Shown: positions 1 to 10,824 of the stretch, in pieces | Layout of the letters: each line of letters opens with the position of its first letter | How positions within the stretch are numbered: position 1 is the first letter of the stretch | Assembly (NCBI GenBank): GCA_946557785.1 | Contig: CAMNTH010000008.1 | Span: forward strand, 52,085-116,084 | Origin: an uncultured Blautia sp. | Lineage (GTDB): Bacteria; Bacillota; Clostridia; Lachnospirales; Lachnospiraceae | Direction of reading: 5' to 3' | Length of the DNA stretch: 64,000 nt | Translations under genes and position numbers: made by a program | The notes under the pieces: generated by a model | Database searches by the model: none | Seen by the model: only the letters and a program-made list of their open reading frames with translations | Told to the model about the DNA's origin: nothing

Positions 1-2
1 GT

Positions 3-1178
3 AAAACTAAAACAGCTTGTTACTTAGGATTTATTACACAGGCAATAGCTGCCAACTTTGCACCGCTGCTATTCCTAAAATTTCATCATGATTATCATAT
101 TTCTCTTGGTAATATTGCACTAATATCTACCTGCTTTTTCTTTACTCAGCTTTTGGTGGATTTGTTTTGTGCAAAATTTGTGGACAGAATTGGATATCGA
201 GTGTGTATTGTTGCCTCTGAGATATGTGCTGCAGCTGGTCTGGCCGGTCTTGCGTTTCTGCCGGATATTTTACCCATTCCATTTTGGGGAATACTATGCA
301 GCGTAATCATGTATGCAATAGGGAGCGGACTGATTGAAGTACTCTGCAGTCCTATTGTAGAAGCATGTCCCTTTGAAAATAAGGAGGCAACAATGAGCCT
401 GCTCCACTCTTTTTATTGTTGGGGGGCAGTGGGAACGATATTGATATCCACAGTGTTTTTTCTGATATTCGGAATGGACAGTTGGAAATGGCTGGCTGTT
501 CTATGGGCGATTATTCCGGCAGTCAATATCTATAATTTTGCAACATGCCCAATTGAACAATTAGTAGATAAAGAAGACGGAATGGGAATTAGAAAGTTAC
601 TCCAGAAACCCATATTTTGGCTGGCTATTGGCTTAATGATCTGCTCTGGGGCATCAGAACTTGCTATGGCTCAATGGGCATCAGCTTATGCTGAAGCAGC
701 ATTGGGATTATCGAAAACAATAGGTGATTTAACAGGTCCCTGTATGTTTGCAGCCACAATGGGAATAAGTCGTGTGATATTCGGAAAATATGGTGACAGA
801 ATGGATTTGATGAAATTTATGATAGGCTCTGGTATCTTATGTATAATATGTTATCTTTTCGCTTCATTATCTGCAAGTCCGTTGATAGGCCTTATTGGCT
901 GTATTATATGTGGTTTTTCTGTTGGAATAATGTGGCCTGGAACAATTAGCCTTTCGGCTGAAAAATTCCCTGCAGGCGGAACAGCCATGTTTGCGCTGCT
1001 TGCTATGGCAGGGGATTTAGGCGGAAGCATTGGTCCTGGTATTGTTGGCCGCGTTACACAATATACGGGAGATAATATCCGCACTGGTCTGAGTATTGGT
1101 CTTGTGTTTCCAATTATTTTATTAGCAATGCTTTTTGTTTTAGGCAGGGAAAAGAAGCAGACAGAAAAAACGAAATGA
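3..1178 (+). CDS. MFS transporter (5' end lies just before the window)
   Basis: Frame is open from base 3 (KTKTACYLGFITQAIAANFAPLL...) into the listed ORF; many hydrophobic helices; MFS loop motif AKFVDRIGYR. Confidence 0.85.
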   Translation, partial: KTKTACYLGFITQAIAANFAPLLFLKFHHDYHISLGNIALISTCFFFTQLLVDLFCAKFVDRIGYRVCIVASEICAAAGLAGLAFLPDILPIPFWGILCSVIMYAIGSGLIEVLCSPIVEACPFENKEATMSLLHSFYCWGAVGTILISTVFFLIFGMDSWKWLAVLWAIIPAVNIYNFATCPIEQLVDKEDGMGIRKLLQKPIFWLAIGLMICSGASELAMAQWASAYAEAALGLSKTIGDLTGPCMFAATMGISRVIFGKYGDRMDLMKFMIGSGILCIICYLFASLSASPLIGLIGCIICGFSVGIMWPGTISLSAEKFPAGGTAMFALLAMAGDLGGSIGPGIVGRVTQYTGDNIRTGLSIGLVFPIILLAMLFVLGREKKQTEKTK

Positions 1179-1460
1179 TATAATAGAGAACGGCGTAGAG
1201 GAATACCTTCTGCAAGCCTTGCCAACTGCTCTGAATATTCCGCATGTAATAATCTGTCGTGTTGGATATGGGTGACAAAAGTAAAATACTGTTCTTTTTT
1301 CAGACGGAGGAAAAGGGCGCTCTTATAATGCCTGAAACAGGCGTATTATAGGGGTGCTTTTCCTTTTTGGAGAAAAAGGTCGATGGCAGATTTTGTGGAA
1401 TTATTTTAAATAACACCCTAAATATTGTGATTTCCAAGGGGAATTGTTGACTTTTTTGTT

Positions 1461-1487
1461 GAAAGGAGGGAAGTTGTGCTGTCGAAT
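1461..1487 (+). promoter_or_regulatory. sigmaH-like promoter with overlapping Spo0A (0A) box upstream of spo0A
   Basis: AGGA (1464-67), 16 nt, GAAT (1484-87); TGTCGAA at 1480-1486. Confidence 0.5.
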
Positions 1488-1616
1488 CAGGACGAACGAA
1501 AATGCCCTGTTTTAGCCACTTTCGGCTTGATTTCAACATTGGCATTCTACTATAATGTCTTTGATGAACAAGAGAAACTGGAAAAAAGATTAGTAAGTTA
1601 GGAGGAGACTGGCCTC

Positions 1617-2426
1617 ATGGAGAAATTAAATGTGGCAATTGCAGATGATAATGAAAAAATGGTAGAAGTACTTGGTCGAATGATCGAAGAGGATAAAGAC
1701 CTGGAATTGGTCGGAAAAGCACATAACGGAGAAGAAATATGCAGCATCATAAAAGAAAAGGAACCGGATGTGGTGGTATTGGATATTATCATGCCAAAGG
1801 TTGACGGACTTTCTGTCATGGAGCGCTTTAACCACGACAGCACCTGCAAAAAAACGCCTACATTCATTGTCGTGTCTGCTGTGGGACAAGAGAGAATCAC
1901 AGAGGATGCATTCAGCCTTGGGGCAGATTATTATATGCTGAAACCTTTTGACAATCAGATGCTTTTGAACAGGATTAAGCATATCCGCAGGGTGGGGGAA
2001 AAACGTACCCGGGAAATCAACCGGCAGAACGCAGTGAGAGAAAATCCTGATACATATGCAAAAAAGAACCTGGAGGCAGATGTAACGAATATTATCCATG
2101 AAATCGGCGTGCCTGCCCACATTAAAGGATACCAGTATCTGCGGGACGCTATTATTCTATCTGTAAATGATATGGAGATGCTTAATTCCATTACAAAAAT
2201 TTTGTATCCAACCATTGCCAAAAAGCATCAGACAACACCGAGCCGGGTTGAGCGGGCTATCCGGCATGCTATAGAAGTGGCCTGGAGCAGGGGAAAAATG
2301 GATACCATTGATGAATTATTCGGATATACAGTAAGCACGGGAAAAGGGAAACCCACCAATTCAGAATTTATTGCATTAATTGCAGACAAGATACGTCTGG
2401 AATATAAAAATCACTCTTTCCAATAG
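1617..2426 (+). CDS. spo0A: Sporulation master regulator Spo0A
   Basis: Receiver domain (IADDN, LDIIMP, KP) plus Spo0A C-terminal motifs [40 protein letters not shown]. Confidence 0.98.
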   Translation: MEKLNVAIADDNEKMVEVLGRMIEEDKDLELVGKAHNGEEICSIIKEKEPDVVVLDIIMPKVDGLSVMERFNHDSTCKKTPTFIVVSAVGQERITEDAFSLGADYYMLKPFDNQMLLNRIKHIRRVGEKRTREINRQNAVRENPDTYAKKNLEADVTNIIHEIGVPAHIKGYQYLRDAIILSVNDMEMLNSITKILYPTIAKKHQTTPSRVERAIRHAIEVAWSRGKMDTIDELFGYTVSTGKGKPTNSEFIALIADKIRLEYKNHSFQ

Positions 2427-2532
2427 AGGCTTTTTGCGCTATAATAAAACTATGCAAAAAACATATTGCTGTATCATGGATCAGCCATATGAAAATGTAA
2501 AAGAAGGTAGTCGTCAAGGAGGGTAATTACGG

Positions 2533-3978
2533 ATGAAAAAAATTTTATATGCAACATCTGAAGCAGTACCATTTATCAAAACAGGAGGTCTTGCAGACGT
2601 AGCCGGCGCCCTGCCGAAATGTTTTGACAAACGTTACTTTGATATCCGCGTTATTTTGCCGAAATATGCATGTATGAAGCAGGAGTGGAAAGATAAAATG
2701 GAATATATTACCCATTTCTATATGGATTTGGGGTATAAGAACTGCTACGTGGGAATTCTCCAGATGGAATATGAGGGTGTGAAATTCTATTTTATTGACA
2801 ATGAATACTATTTTAGCGGTCCGAAGCCCTATGATGGCGGTACCTGGGATCTGGAGAAATTTGCCTTCTTCTCTAAAGCAGTGCTTTCTGTTCTCCCTGT
2901 GATTGATTTTCGTCCGGAAATTATTCACTGCCATGACTGGCAGACAGGCCTGGTACCGGTGTACCTGCATGATTCATTCCAGCAGAACCAGTTCTTCTGG
3001 GGAATTAAGACTATAATGACTATACACAATCTGAAGTTCCAGGGGGTATGGGATGTAAAAACAATCCAGGATATTACAGGACTTTCTGATTATTACTTTG
3101 CTCCGGATAAGCTGGAAGCTTATAAGGATGCCAACTATCTGAAAGGCGGTATCGTATTTGCAGATGCGGTAACTACCGTCAGCAGTACTTATGCAGAGGA
3201 AATCAAGACTCCGTTTTACGGTGAACGCCTTGATGGCCTGATGTGTGCCCGCTCCCATGACCTGAGGGGCATTGTTAATGGCATTGACTATGATTTGTTT
3301 AACCCTGAGACAGACCCGCACATTTACAGGAATTATAATGCAGTTACCTTCCGTAAGGAAAAAGTGAAAAATAAGATCCAGCTTCAGAAGGATTTGGGCT
3401 TGAATCAGGATCCCAATGCTATGATGATCGGTATAGTTTCCCGTCTGACAGACCAGAAAGGATTTGATCTGATCGCATATATTATGGATGAGCTTTGCCA
3501 GGATGCAGTACAGATCGTGGCTCTTGGTACAGGCGATGAACGTTATGAGAATATGTTCCGGTATTTTGATTGGAAATACCATGGAAAGGTTTCTGCACAG
3601 ATTTATTATGACGAACCTCTGTCCCACAGAATTTATGCAGCATCCGATGCATTCCTGATGCCGTCGCTTTTTGAACCCTGCGGCTTAAGCCAGCTTATGA
3701 GCCTCCGTTACGGAACACTTCCGATCGTCAGAGAAACAGGCGGCCTTAAGGATACTGTTGAGCCTTACAACGAATTTGAAAGTACAGGAACGGGATTCAG
3801 CTTCCGCAATTATAATGCTCACGAAATGCTTGCAACTATCCGCAATGCAGAGCGTGTTTTCTATGACAAAAAACGTGAATGGAATAAAATGGTTGACCGA
3901 GCTATGGCTGCTGATTTTTCCTGGAATAATTCCGCACGTCAGTATGAAGAAATGTACAATTGGCTTATTGGCGAATAA
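2533..3978 (+). CDS. glgA: Glycogen synthase
   Basis: KTGGLADV, HCHDWQT, PSLFEPCGLSQL, RETGGLKDTV. Confidence 0.97.
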   Translation: MKKILYATSEAVPFIKTGGLADVAGALPKCFDKRYFDIRVILPKYACMKQEWKDKMEYITHFYMDLGYKNCYVGILQMEYEGVKFYFIDNEYYFSGPKPYDGGTWDLEKFAFFSKAVLSVLPVIDFRPEIIHCHDWQTGLVPVYLHDSFQQNQFFWGIKTIMTIHNLKFQGVWDVKTIQDITGLSDYYFAPDKLEAYKDANYLKGGIVFADAVTTVSSTYAEEIKTPFYGERLDGLMCARSHDLRGIVNGIDYDLFNPETDPHIYRNYNAVTFRKEKVKNKIQLQKDLGLNQDPNAMMIGIVSRLTDQKGFDLIAYIMDELCQDAVQIVALGTGDERYENMFRYFDWKYHGKVSAQIYYDEPLSHRIYAASDAFLMPSLFEPCGLSQLMSLRYGTLPIVRETGGLKDTVEPYNEFESTGTGFSFRNYNAHEMLATIRNAERVFYDKKREWNKMVDRAMAADFSWNNSARQYEEMYNWLIGE

Positions 3979-3991
3979 TTGTTTAAATTTG

Positions 3992-4024
3992 GAACCCTGC
4001 CCATTTTCCGGCAGGGTTCTTTTT
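3992..4024 (+). terminator. Intrinsic terminator after glgA
   Basis: GAACCCTGCC/GGCAGGGTTC stem followed by a T run. Confidence 0.85.
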
Positions 4025-4033
4025 CGATTATAA

Positions 4034-4062
4034 GCATATATTTTTTTATTTGAGCAATACTA
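4034..4062 (+). promoter_or_regulatory. sigmaG/sigmaF-like forespore promoter
   Basis: GCATA-N17-AATACTA upstream of two small spore-coat-like ORFs. Confidence 0.45.
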
Positions 4063-4095
4063 GCTACTGTAAATAAAAGTGAGGAGGTAAATATC

Positions 4096-4281
4096 ATGAC
4101 AGATATTTCAGAATTGGATTTGCAGAACCTCCGCCATTTAATCGGCGGTTTTGACACAACTCACTGCAAGATGCAGGACTATGCACAGAAAGCAGAAGAT
4201 ATGGAAGTAAAGCAGTTCTTCCAGAAGTCCGCACAGTCTGCACAGCAGACCAAGCAGCAGTTAATGCAGTTTTTACAGTAG
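4096..4281 (+). CDS. Small spore-associated protein (coat-like)
   Basis: Strong RBS GAGGAGG; 61-aa Q-rich helical protein; paired with a Coat F-like gene. Confidence 0.7.
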   Translation: MTDISELDLQNLRHLIGGFDTTHCKMQDYAQKAEDMEVKQFFQKSAQSAQQTKQQLMQFLQ

Positions 4282-4291
4282 GAGGTGCCTT

Positions 4292-4540
4292 ATGAACGAA
4301 AAAGCAATGGTAGCAGATACTCTTGCCGGAATTAACGGCGAACTGGTTCGTTACGGTGAAATGATTTCTCAGACCGAGAACGCACAGTTAAAACAAACCC
4401 TGAAGCAGATTCGAAATCAGTGCGAAATGTCTCAGGAAGAAATCTATAAAATAGCCCGTGCTAAAGGCTATTATGTTCCTGCAGCAAAAGCCACAAGAGA
4501 AGAAGTGGATCATGTTCGTTCTATCTTAACACAGGGCTGA
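4292..4540 (+). CDS. Spore coat protein, Coat F-like
   Basis: RBS AGGAGG; ...ENAQLKQTLKQIRNQCE...KGYY pattern typical of Coat F-domain proteins. Confidence 0.75.
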   Translation: MNEKAMVADTLAGINGELVRYGEMISQTENAQLKQTLKQIRNQCEMSQEEIYKIARAKGYYVPAAKATREEVDHVRSILTQG

Positions 4541-4678
4541 TAATTTAAAACGGCAGTTCAAGGGGTGTCTTATTCATAAAAGATGCCCCGTTACATAATA
4601 ATCCTCATCCGCAATATAAAATGATGCTGGGTTCAAAAGCTCCCAACTATGATGTCTGCGGAGCGCAAAGCATGCATA

Positions 4679-4777
4679 GAACAAAAGTTCTTTTTTTAGG
4701 GATTTGTCGAAAGAAAGCACTTGACAAGCCCTGCGTTTTATAATACTATATAACCAGAAAACACGAACATAGGTTCA
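4679..4777 (+). promoter_or_regulatory. recA promoter with two LexA (SOS) boxes
   Basis: GAAC-AAAA-GTTC 4679-4690; GAAC-ATAG-GTTC 4765-4776; TTGACA (4721)-N17-TACTAT (4744). Confidence 0.85.
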
Positions 4778-4811
4778 CATCTAAAATATTTACATAAGGA
4801 GAATACTTATC

Positions 4812-5954
4812 ATGATAAATGAAGAAAAGAAGAAGGCGCTGGAAGCAGCCCTTGGACATATTGAGAAACAATACGGCAAAGGTTCTGTCATGAAACTGGG
4901 AGAATCCGGGGCAAACATGCAGGTAGAAACCGTTCCTACTGGTTCTTTAAGCCTTGATATCGCATTAGGTGTAGGCGGTGTACCCAAGGGACGTATTGTA
5001 GAAATCTACGGACCGGAATCCAGCGGTAAAACAACAGTAGCATTGCATATGGTAGCTGAGGTGCAGAAGCGGGGCGGAATTGCCGGATTTATTGATGCGG
5101 AACATGCCCTGGATCCGGTATATGCCAAGAACATTGGCGTGGATATTGATAATCTTTATATTTCGCAGCCGGATAACGGCGAACAGGCTTTGGAGATTAC
5201 AGAAACAATGGTACGTTCCGGTGCTGTAGATATCGTCATTGTAGACTCCGTTGCGGCTCTGGTGCCTAAGGCGGAGATTGAAGGTGAAATGGGGGACAGC
5301 CATGTAGGACTTCATGCCAGGCTGATGTCCCAGGCTCTTCGGAAGCTGACAGCAGTGATCAGTAAGTCCAACTGCGTAGTAATCTTTATTAACCAGCTTC
5401 GGGAGAAGGTGGGCGTCATGTTCGGAAATCCGGAAACTACAACCGGAGGACGTGCCCTGAAGTTTTATGCATCTGTGCGAATGGATGTAAGACGTGTGGA
5501 GACACTGAAGCAGGGAGGGGAGATGGTAGGAAACCATACCAGGATCAAGGTTGTGAAGAACAAGGTAGCACCTCCCTTTAAGCAGGCAGAATTTGATATT
5601 ATGTTCGGAACCGGAATTTCCAAAGAAGGCGATATTCTGGATCTTGCAGCCGAATGCGGCATCATTAATAAGAGTGGTGCATGGTATGCATATAACAGCG
5701 GCAAGATCGGCCAGGGTCGGGAGAATGCAAAAACATACCTGAGAGAGCATCCGGAGATCTGTGATGAGGTAGAAAGGCAGGTAAGAATTCATTACAGCCT
5801 TCTTCCAGGGGAAGAAGCTGAGGCAGAAGAAGAGAAACCTGCAGATGCGAAGGCCAAGGCTTCTAAAGGAGAAAAAAATGATAAAGCCAATAAAGCCAAT
5901 AAAGCAGAAGTACCTCAGATGACTCTTGATTCACTTGTAAAAGAAGAGGAGTAA
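4812..5954 (+). CDS. recA: Recombinase RecA
   Basis: GPESSGKTT Walker [24 protein letters not shown]. Confidence 0.99.
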   Translation: MINEEKKKALEAALGHIEKQYGKGSVMKLGESGANMQVETVPTGSLSLDIALGVGGVPKGRIVEIYGPESSGKTTVALHMVAEVQKRGGIAGFIDAEHALDPVYAKNIGVDIDNLYISQPDNGEQALEITETMVRSGAVDIVIVDSVAALVPKAEIEGEMGDSHVGLHARLMSQALRKLTAVISKSNCVVIFINQLREKVGVMFGNPETTTGGRALKFYASVRMDVRRVETLKQGGEMVGNHTRIKVVKNKVAPPFKQAEFDIMFGTGISKEGDILDLAAECGIINKSGAWYAYNSGKIGQGRENAKTYLREHPEICDEVERQVRIHYSLLPGEEAEAEEEKPADAKAKASKGEKNDKANKANKAEVPQMTLDSLVKEEE

Positions 5955-5957
5955 ATC

Positions 5958-6443
5958 ATGACCCTCACCCCGGAAGAACAGAGAAAGGCCCGGCTGAAGG
6001 CTATGCGTTTGATCGAGCGTATGGACCGTACAGAGAGAGGGCTGGCAGACAAACTAAGACAGGATGGCTTTTCCAGTGAGGCAGTACAGGATGCTATGGA
6101 CTATGTGAAGTCTTTCGGATACATTAATGATACCAGATATGCCCAGCACTATATTTCCTATAGGCTGGGCATTAAAAGCAAACAGAGAATCCTTATGGAG
6201 CTTACACAGAAGGGAATTGACCCTGAAACAGCACGGACTGTCTGGGAGGAAACAGCGGAACTGGAGGAACCTGACGAACGTGCACTCCTGCGTCGTACCA
6301 TAGAAAAGAAGTATCAGGAAGGCAGCGAACTGGATGACAGGGAAATGCGCCGACTTTATGCTTATTTGGCACGCCGCGGTTTTCAATCAAATGACATCTT
6401 TTCCGTTCTGAATGAGATGGATATTCATAAAAAATCCATATAA
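5958..6443 (+). CDS. recX: Regulatory protein RecX
   Basis: Directly after recA; RTERGL..KL, GYIND.RYA, LARRGF. Confidence 0.93.
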   Translation: MTLTPEEQRKARLKAMRLIERMDRTERGLADKLRQDGFSSEAVQDAMDYVKSFGYINDTRYAQHYISYRLGIKSKQRILMELTQKGIDPETARTVWEETAELEEPDERALLRRTIEKKYQEGSELDDREMRRLYAYLARRGFQSNDIFSVLNEMDIHKKSI

Positions 6444-6457
6444 TTTCTTTGAAAAAC

Positions 6458-6486
6458 TTGACATAATTGTCAAAAACGGATAAACT
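6458..6486 (+). promoter_or_regulatory. sigmaA promoter of rny
   Basis: TTGACA-N17-TAAACT. Confidence 0.7.
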
Positions 6487-6533
6487 TGTATTGTTGTATT
6501 TGTACAATGAAAACTAAATAAGGAGGTGCTCCT

Positions 6534-8093
6534 GTGGCAGGCACAATCATAGGTGCAATTGTCGCTGTGGTAGTCACACTGCTTATTGCGGTTCCGCTTA
6601 CTTGCAAGATTGCTGTCGAGAACAAGGTGAAAAAAGATGCCGAGGTGATCGGTACAGCAGAAGAAAAAGCAAGAAACATCATAGATGAAGCTTTGAAATC
6701 GGCTGAAACGAAGAAACGAGAAGCTTTGTTGGAAGTAAAGGAAGAATCTCTCCGTACAAAAAATGAGCTGGAGAAAGAAACCAAGGAACGAAGAAACGAA
6801 CTGCAGAAGTATGAAAAGCGTGTCTTATCTAAGGAAGAATCTGTAGATAAGAAGGCAGATGCAGTGGAGAAGCGAGAGGCAGAGTGCACAGCAAGAATTG
6901 CTGAATTGCAAAAAAAAGAAAAGAGGGTTGAAGAACTCGAAATGAAGGGAGTACAGGAACTGGAACGAGTTTCCGGTCTGACCTCCGAACAGGCAAAAGA
7001 AGAGTTGCTCAGAACTGTAGAAGATGATGTCAAGGTAGATGTGGCAAGACTCTACAAGGAACTGGAGAACCGTGCAAAGGAAGACGCTAATAAGAAAGCT
7101 AAGGAATATGTGGTAAATGCCATCCAGAAATGTGCAGTAGACCATGTGTCTGAGGCAACGATTTCGGTAGTGCAGCTTCCAAGCGATGAAATGAAAGGCC
7201 GCATCATCGGACGTGAAGGAAGGAACATCCGTACATTGGAAACATTGACTGGTGTTGATCTCATTATTGACGATACTCCGGAAGCGGTAGTGCTTTCTGG
7301 GTTCGATCCGATCCGCCGCGAAGTGGCGAGAGTGGCATTGGAGAAACTGATCGTAGATGGACGTATTCATCCGGCCAGGATCGAAGAAATGGTAGAGAAG
7401 GCACAGAGAGAAGTGGAATCCCAGATCAGAGAAGAAGGCGAGACAGCAGCGATGGATGTAGGTGTTCACGGTATTCATCCGGAATTGCTCAAGCTTCTTG
7501 GAAGAATGAAATTCCGCTCCAGCTATGGACAGAATGCGTTGAGGCATTCCATTGAGGTTGCCCAGTTGTCCGGTATTCTTGCAGGGGAAGTAGGCGTTGA
7601 TGTCCGAATTGCGAAACGTGCAGGCTTGCTTCATGACATTGGTAAATCCATTGACCATGAAGTAGAAGGCTCCCACATCCAGATTGGTGTGGATCTTTGC
7701 AAGAAATACAAGGAGTCTGCGATAGTGATCAATGCAGTGGCGTCCCACCATGGAGACGTAGAGCCGGAGTCTTTGGTTGCATGTATCGTACAGGCTGCTG
7801 ATGCAATTTCTGCAGCAAGACCTGGTGCAAGAAGAGAAACTCTTGAGACTTATACCAACCGACTGAAACAGTTGGAGGACATTACAAATGAATTTAAGGG
7901 TGTAGATAAGTCTTTTGCTATTCAGGCAGGCAGAGAAATTCGTGTTATGGTTGTTCCGGAGCATGTCAGTGATGCTGACATGGTTCTGCTGGCAAGGGAT
8001 ATTGCTAAGCAGATCGAAGCAGAACTGGAATATCCGGGACAGATTAAGGTAAATGTAATCCGTGAAAGCAGAGCGGTAGATTACGCAAAGTGA
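6534..8093 (+). CDS. rny: Ribonuclease Y
   Basis: N-terminal TM helix, coiled coil, KH motif [14 protein letters not shown] motif LLHDIGK; GTG start after AGGAGG. Confidence 0.98.
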   Translation: MAGTIIGAIVAVVVTLLIAVPLTCKIAVENKVKKDAEVIGTAEEKARNIIDEALKSAETKKREALLEVKEESLRTKNELEKETKERRNELQKYEKRVLSKEESVDKKADAVEKREAECTARIAELQKKEKRVEELEMKGVQELERVSGLTSEQAKEELLRTVEDDVKVDVARLYKELENRAKEDANKKAKEYVVNAIQKCAVDHVSEATISVVQLPSDEMKGRIIGREGRNIRTLETLTGVDLIIDDTPEAVVLSGFDPIRREVARVALEKLIVDGRIHPARIEEMVEKAQREVESQIREEGETAAMDVGVHGIHPELLKLLGRMKFRSSYGQNALRHSIEVAQLSGILAGEVGVDVRIAKRAGLLHDIGKSIDHEVEGSHIQIGVDLCKKYKESAIVINAVASHHGDVEPESLVACIVQAADAISAARPGARRETLETYTNRLKQLEDITNEFKGVDKSFAIQAGREIRVMVVPEHVSDADMVLLARDIAKQIEAELEYPGQIKVNVIRESRAVDYAK

Positions 8094-8134
8094 CGGAGAA
8101 CATAACTGGCTTCCTATTTTTTTAAATGATATAT

Positions 8135-8178
8135 AAAGAGCTGTTATACTGGCAATATGCTGGTATGCAGCTCTTTTT
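8135..8178 (+). terminator. Terminator after rny
   Basis: AAAGAGCTG...CAGCTCTTT stem with T run. Confidence 0.7.
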
Positions 8179-8189
8179 CTATCTCCTAT

Positions 8190-8217
8190 AGCAAGATTAT
8201 ATTATTTTTTCACAATA
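8190..8217 (+). promoter_or_regulatory. Putative AraC-family activator site, copy 1
   Basis: AGCAAGATTATATTATTTTTTCACAATA; 24/28 identical to 11017-11044; -10 TATACT starts 30 nt after its end. Confidence 0.7.
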
Positions 8218-8339
8218 TCCTTGATTGCAATTTCGGAATCATAAAATATACTTGATTTATAGAGAAGGCTTATAAAGAAAATGGCGATGAAACACAATAT
8301 GGTTCCACAGAATGCCCAAAGAAAAGAAGGAGGAAAAAA

Positions 8340-9839
8340 ATGAGCGGATTAGTCAAAATAAAGGAAACGCCTAAAGCCAGAATAGGAGTATACAGTGCGG
8401 GTCTTCATGCATATTGGGAACAATTTGAGGGATTGCTGGATTGTCTGATGGGATATAATCGTTTTATTGAAGAGCGGCTTTGGGAGTTTGGAGAAGTCTA
8501 TAATTTTGGTTTGGTGGATACAGAGGACAAAGCACGGGAGGCTGGAGAATATTTTAATAAACAGAATGTTGACATTGTTTTTTCCCATGCGGCAACATAC
8601 TATACAAGTGCCTGCGTACTTCCTGTGCATCAGATTAATAAGGCGCCTGTGGTCATCCTGAACCTTCAGCCAACACCGGAGATGTCCTACGAAACAACAG
8701 GTACAGACCGCTGGCTGGCACAGTGTGTAGGGTGCTCCATTCCAGAAATCTCCAATGCTTTTAACCGTGCAGGAATACCATTTCGGGCAGTAAACGGGCT
8801 TTTGGGACTTCATGAAACCCCGCTTTTCGCAAAAGCGGACGAGGTGACATATGAAAGACCGGAAGCGATTAAGGCATGGAAGGAAATTGAGGACTGGTGT
8901 AAGGCTGCCTGCGTAAAGCGTGTGCTTGGACACGCACGGTTTGGATTCCTTGGCGGATATTACAGCGGAATGCTGGATATGTACAGTGACTTTACCATGC
9001 TGCAGGCGCAGACGGGAATGGATATAGAGGTCCTTGAAATGAGCGACCTGGCGGCATATTTAAAAAACGTTACGGAAGAAGAAGTTCAGGAAAAATGTCT
9101 CCAGGTGGAAAACTTTTTTGAGATATCCGGGGATTCACCATCGGATCCTATTGCACGGAAACCTACAAAAGAACAGATGCATTGGGCGGCTAAGGTTGCT
9201 GCGGCACAGGAAAAAATGGTGAGGGACAGAAATTTAGACAGTGTTTCTTACTATTATCACGGAAGAGATGACTATTTTGAGGAAATACAAAGCGGTTTTA
9301 TCGTGGGATTTTCTCTTTTGAACGCCCAGGGAATTGCCTGTGCAGGAGAAGGGGATATCAAAACTGCCCTTGCTATGAAGATTTCAGATATCTGCGGTAC
9401 AGGCGGAAGCTTCTGTGAGATCGTGGCAGCAGATTTTAACCGCAATACAATGATATTAGGACATGATGGTCCATTTCATTTTGCCATTTCCAAAGGAAAA
9501 CCTATTCTTCGAGGAATGGGAGTTTATCATGGGAAACGGGGCAGCGGCGTATCTGTAGAGGCCAAGGTACGTCCGGGAGCAGTCACGACCCTGGGAGTAA
9601 CTCAGACGGGGGACGGAAGGCTGAAGCTTAATATCAGTGAGGGAGAAGCCATTGACGCTCCCATTTTGCTGAACGGAAATACCTCCACCCATATCCGCTT
9701 TGACCTGCCGCCGGCAGAATATATGGATCGGTGGTTTGCACAGGCTCCAACCCATCATTTGGCTCTTTCTGTGGGACATAATGCAGGCCTGTTTCAAAAG
9801 ATTGCGGAACTTATGAATATTCCTTATGCTATTTATTAA
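8340..9839 (+). CDS. L-fucose/L-arabinose isomerase-like sugar isomerase, substrate unknown
   Basis: ACAGEGDIKT, FCEI...D, GHDG and APTHH motifs of the FucI/AraA superfamily. Confidence 0.85.
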   Translation: MSGLVKIKETPKARIGVYSAGLHAYWEQFEGLLDCLMGYNRFIEERLWEFGEVYNFGLVDTEDKAREAGEYFNKQNVDIVFSHAATYYTSACVLPVHQINKAPVVILNLQPTPEMSYETTGTDRWLAQCVGCSIPEISNAFNRAGIPFRAVNGLLGLHETPLFAKADEVTYERPEAIKAWKEIEDWCKAACVKRVLGHARFGFLGGYYSGMLDMYSDFTMLQAQTGMDIEVLEMSDLAAYLKNVTEEEVQEKCLQVENFFEISGDSPSDPIARKPTKEQMHWAAKVAAAQEKMVRDRNLDSVSYYYHGRDDYFEEIQSGFIVGFSLLNAQGIACAGEGDIKTALAMKISDICGTGGSFCEIVAADFNRNTMILGHDGPFHFAISKGKPILRGMGVYHGKRGSGVSVEAKVRPGAVTTLGVTQTGDGRLKLNISEGEAIDAPILLNGNTSTHIRFDLPPAEYMDRWFAQAPTHHLALSVGHNAGLFQKIAELMNIPYAIY

Positions 9840-9840
9840 A

Positions 9841-9913
9841 AAAACCGCCGCTGTTTCAAATGATATCTGCCTTGTCAAAAGGTGAGGCGCATCATTTGAA
9901 GCCGCGGCTTTTT
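9841..9913. terminator. Long hairpin between convergent genes
   Basis: TTCAAATGAT/ATCATTTGAA core; flanked by A run and T run. Confidence 0.6.
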
Positions 9914-9954
9914 GGGGCTGAGCAGGATTAAAAGGAGGAAGATTTGGGGGAAGT

Positions 9955-10824
9955 TTACGATTCTGTCCATTCTTTCCTGTACTGCAAAGGCGTCATGCCT
10001 TCCCTGTTTTTGAATAAATTGATAAAATGACTTACCTGGTTGATGCCGCATGCATAGGCAATATCCCCGATGGGATTTTGTGAATACCGGAGAAGCTCTT
10101 TGGCATAGGTAAGCCGAAGCGTAATAATATATTCATTTAAAGTTGTCCCGATATATTTTTTAAACTCTCTGGAAAGATGATACTTGCTAAGACCAATGGA
10201 AGCAGAAAGCTCATCCAGGGAAAATGGCTCCAGAAAGTGGTTCTCCAGTTCCTTTAAGCATGTTTTGATATAATCCGGCATGATGGAAAGAGAAAGGCTG
10301 TCATCGTTGTTCAAAATGATCAGTTGGGTCAGAACATTAATGATCAAGTTGGAGGAAAGGATTTCGGAATGCAGGTCTTTCTTCATGGTGAGGGAAAGTA
10401 TCCGCCGCAGCGTGCTTTCGATAAAGAAAGTATCCTGGAACCTTACAGGCGCGAATTTGTTTTTTACAAATTCATCATAATATCCTCTGGCAGTTTCGCC
10501 GTTGAAATGCAGCCAGAGAAACTCCCAGCCCGATTCAAAACAGGAATAAAAATGATGGTTAATACAATTAATATAAAAGGCCTGCCCAGGATATATGACA
10601 TATTTCTTTCCCAGATATTTTAAAACGCCTTTTCCGGATAAACAATAAAGAAGCAGGTAGCTATTTAGATTTTCGCGTTCTGTAAAATAGGGCGGAAATG
10701 TTTTAAAATATCCTACCTCCTGTACATAAAAGAATTTTTGGCGTACTGCCTGGGATGGGGTATTGATTAAGCGTATGGAGTCTTCGCTCCAGGTATAGGA
10801 TGCTCGTTCCAGGTATTTTTTCAT
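9955..10824 (-). CDS. AraC-family transcriptional regulator
   Basis: N-terminal cupin-like region and C-terminal double HTH (LSKYHLSREFK, CGINQVSHF..F...GMTP..YR); start placed at MKKYL. Confidence 0.93.
   Translation of the reverse strand: MKKYLERASYTWSEDSIRLINTPSQAVRQKFFYVQEVGYFKTFPPYFTERENLNSYLLLYCLSGKGVLKYLGKKYVIYPGQAFYINCINHHFYSCFESGWEFLWLHFNGETARGYYDEFVKNKFAPVRFQDTFFIESTLRRILSLTMKKDLHSEILSSNLIINVLTQLIILNNDDSLSLSIMPDYIKTCLKELENHFLEPFSLDELSASIGLSKYHLSREFKKYIGTTLNEYIITLRLTYAKELLRYSQNPIGDIAYACGINQVSHFINLFKNREGMTPLQYRKEWTES

Noticed and set aside
4550-4675. Hairpins between the spore-coat genes and recA as an sRNA or riboswitch
   Set aside because: The first is explained as a terminator; the rest pairs weakly and matches no family I recognise.
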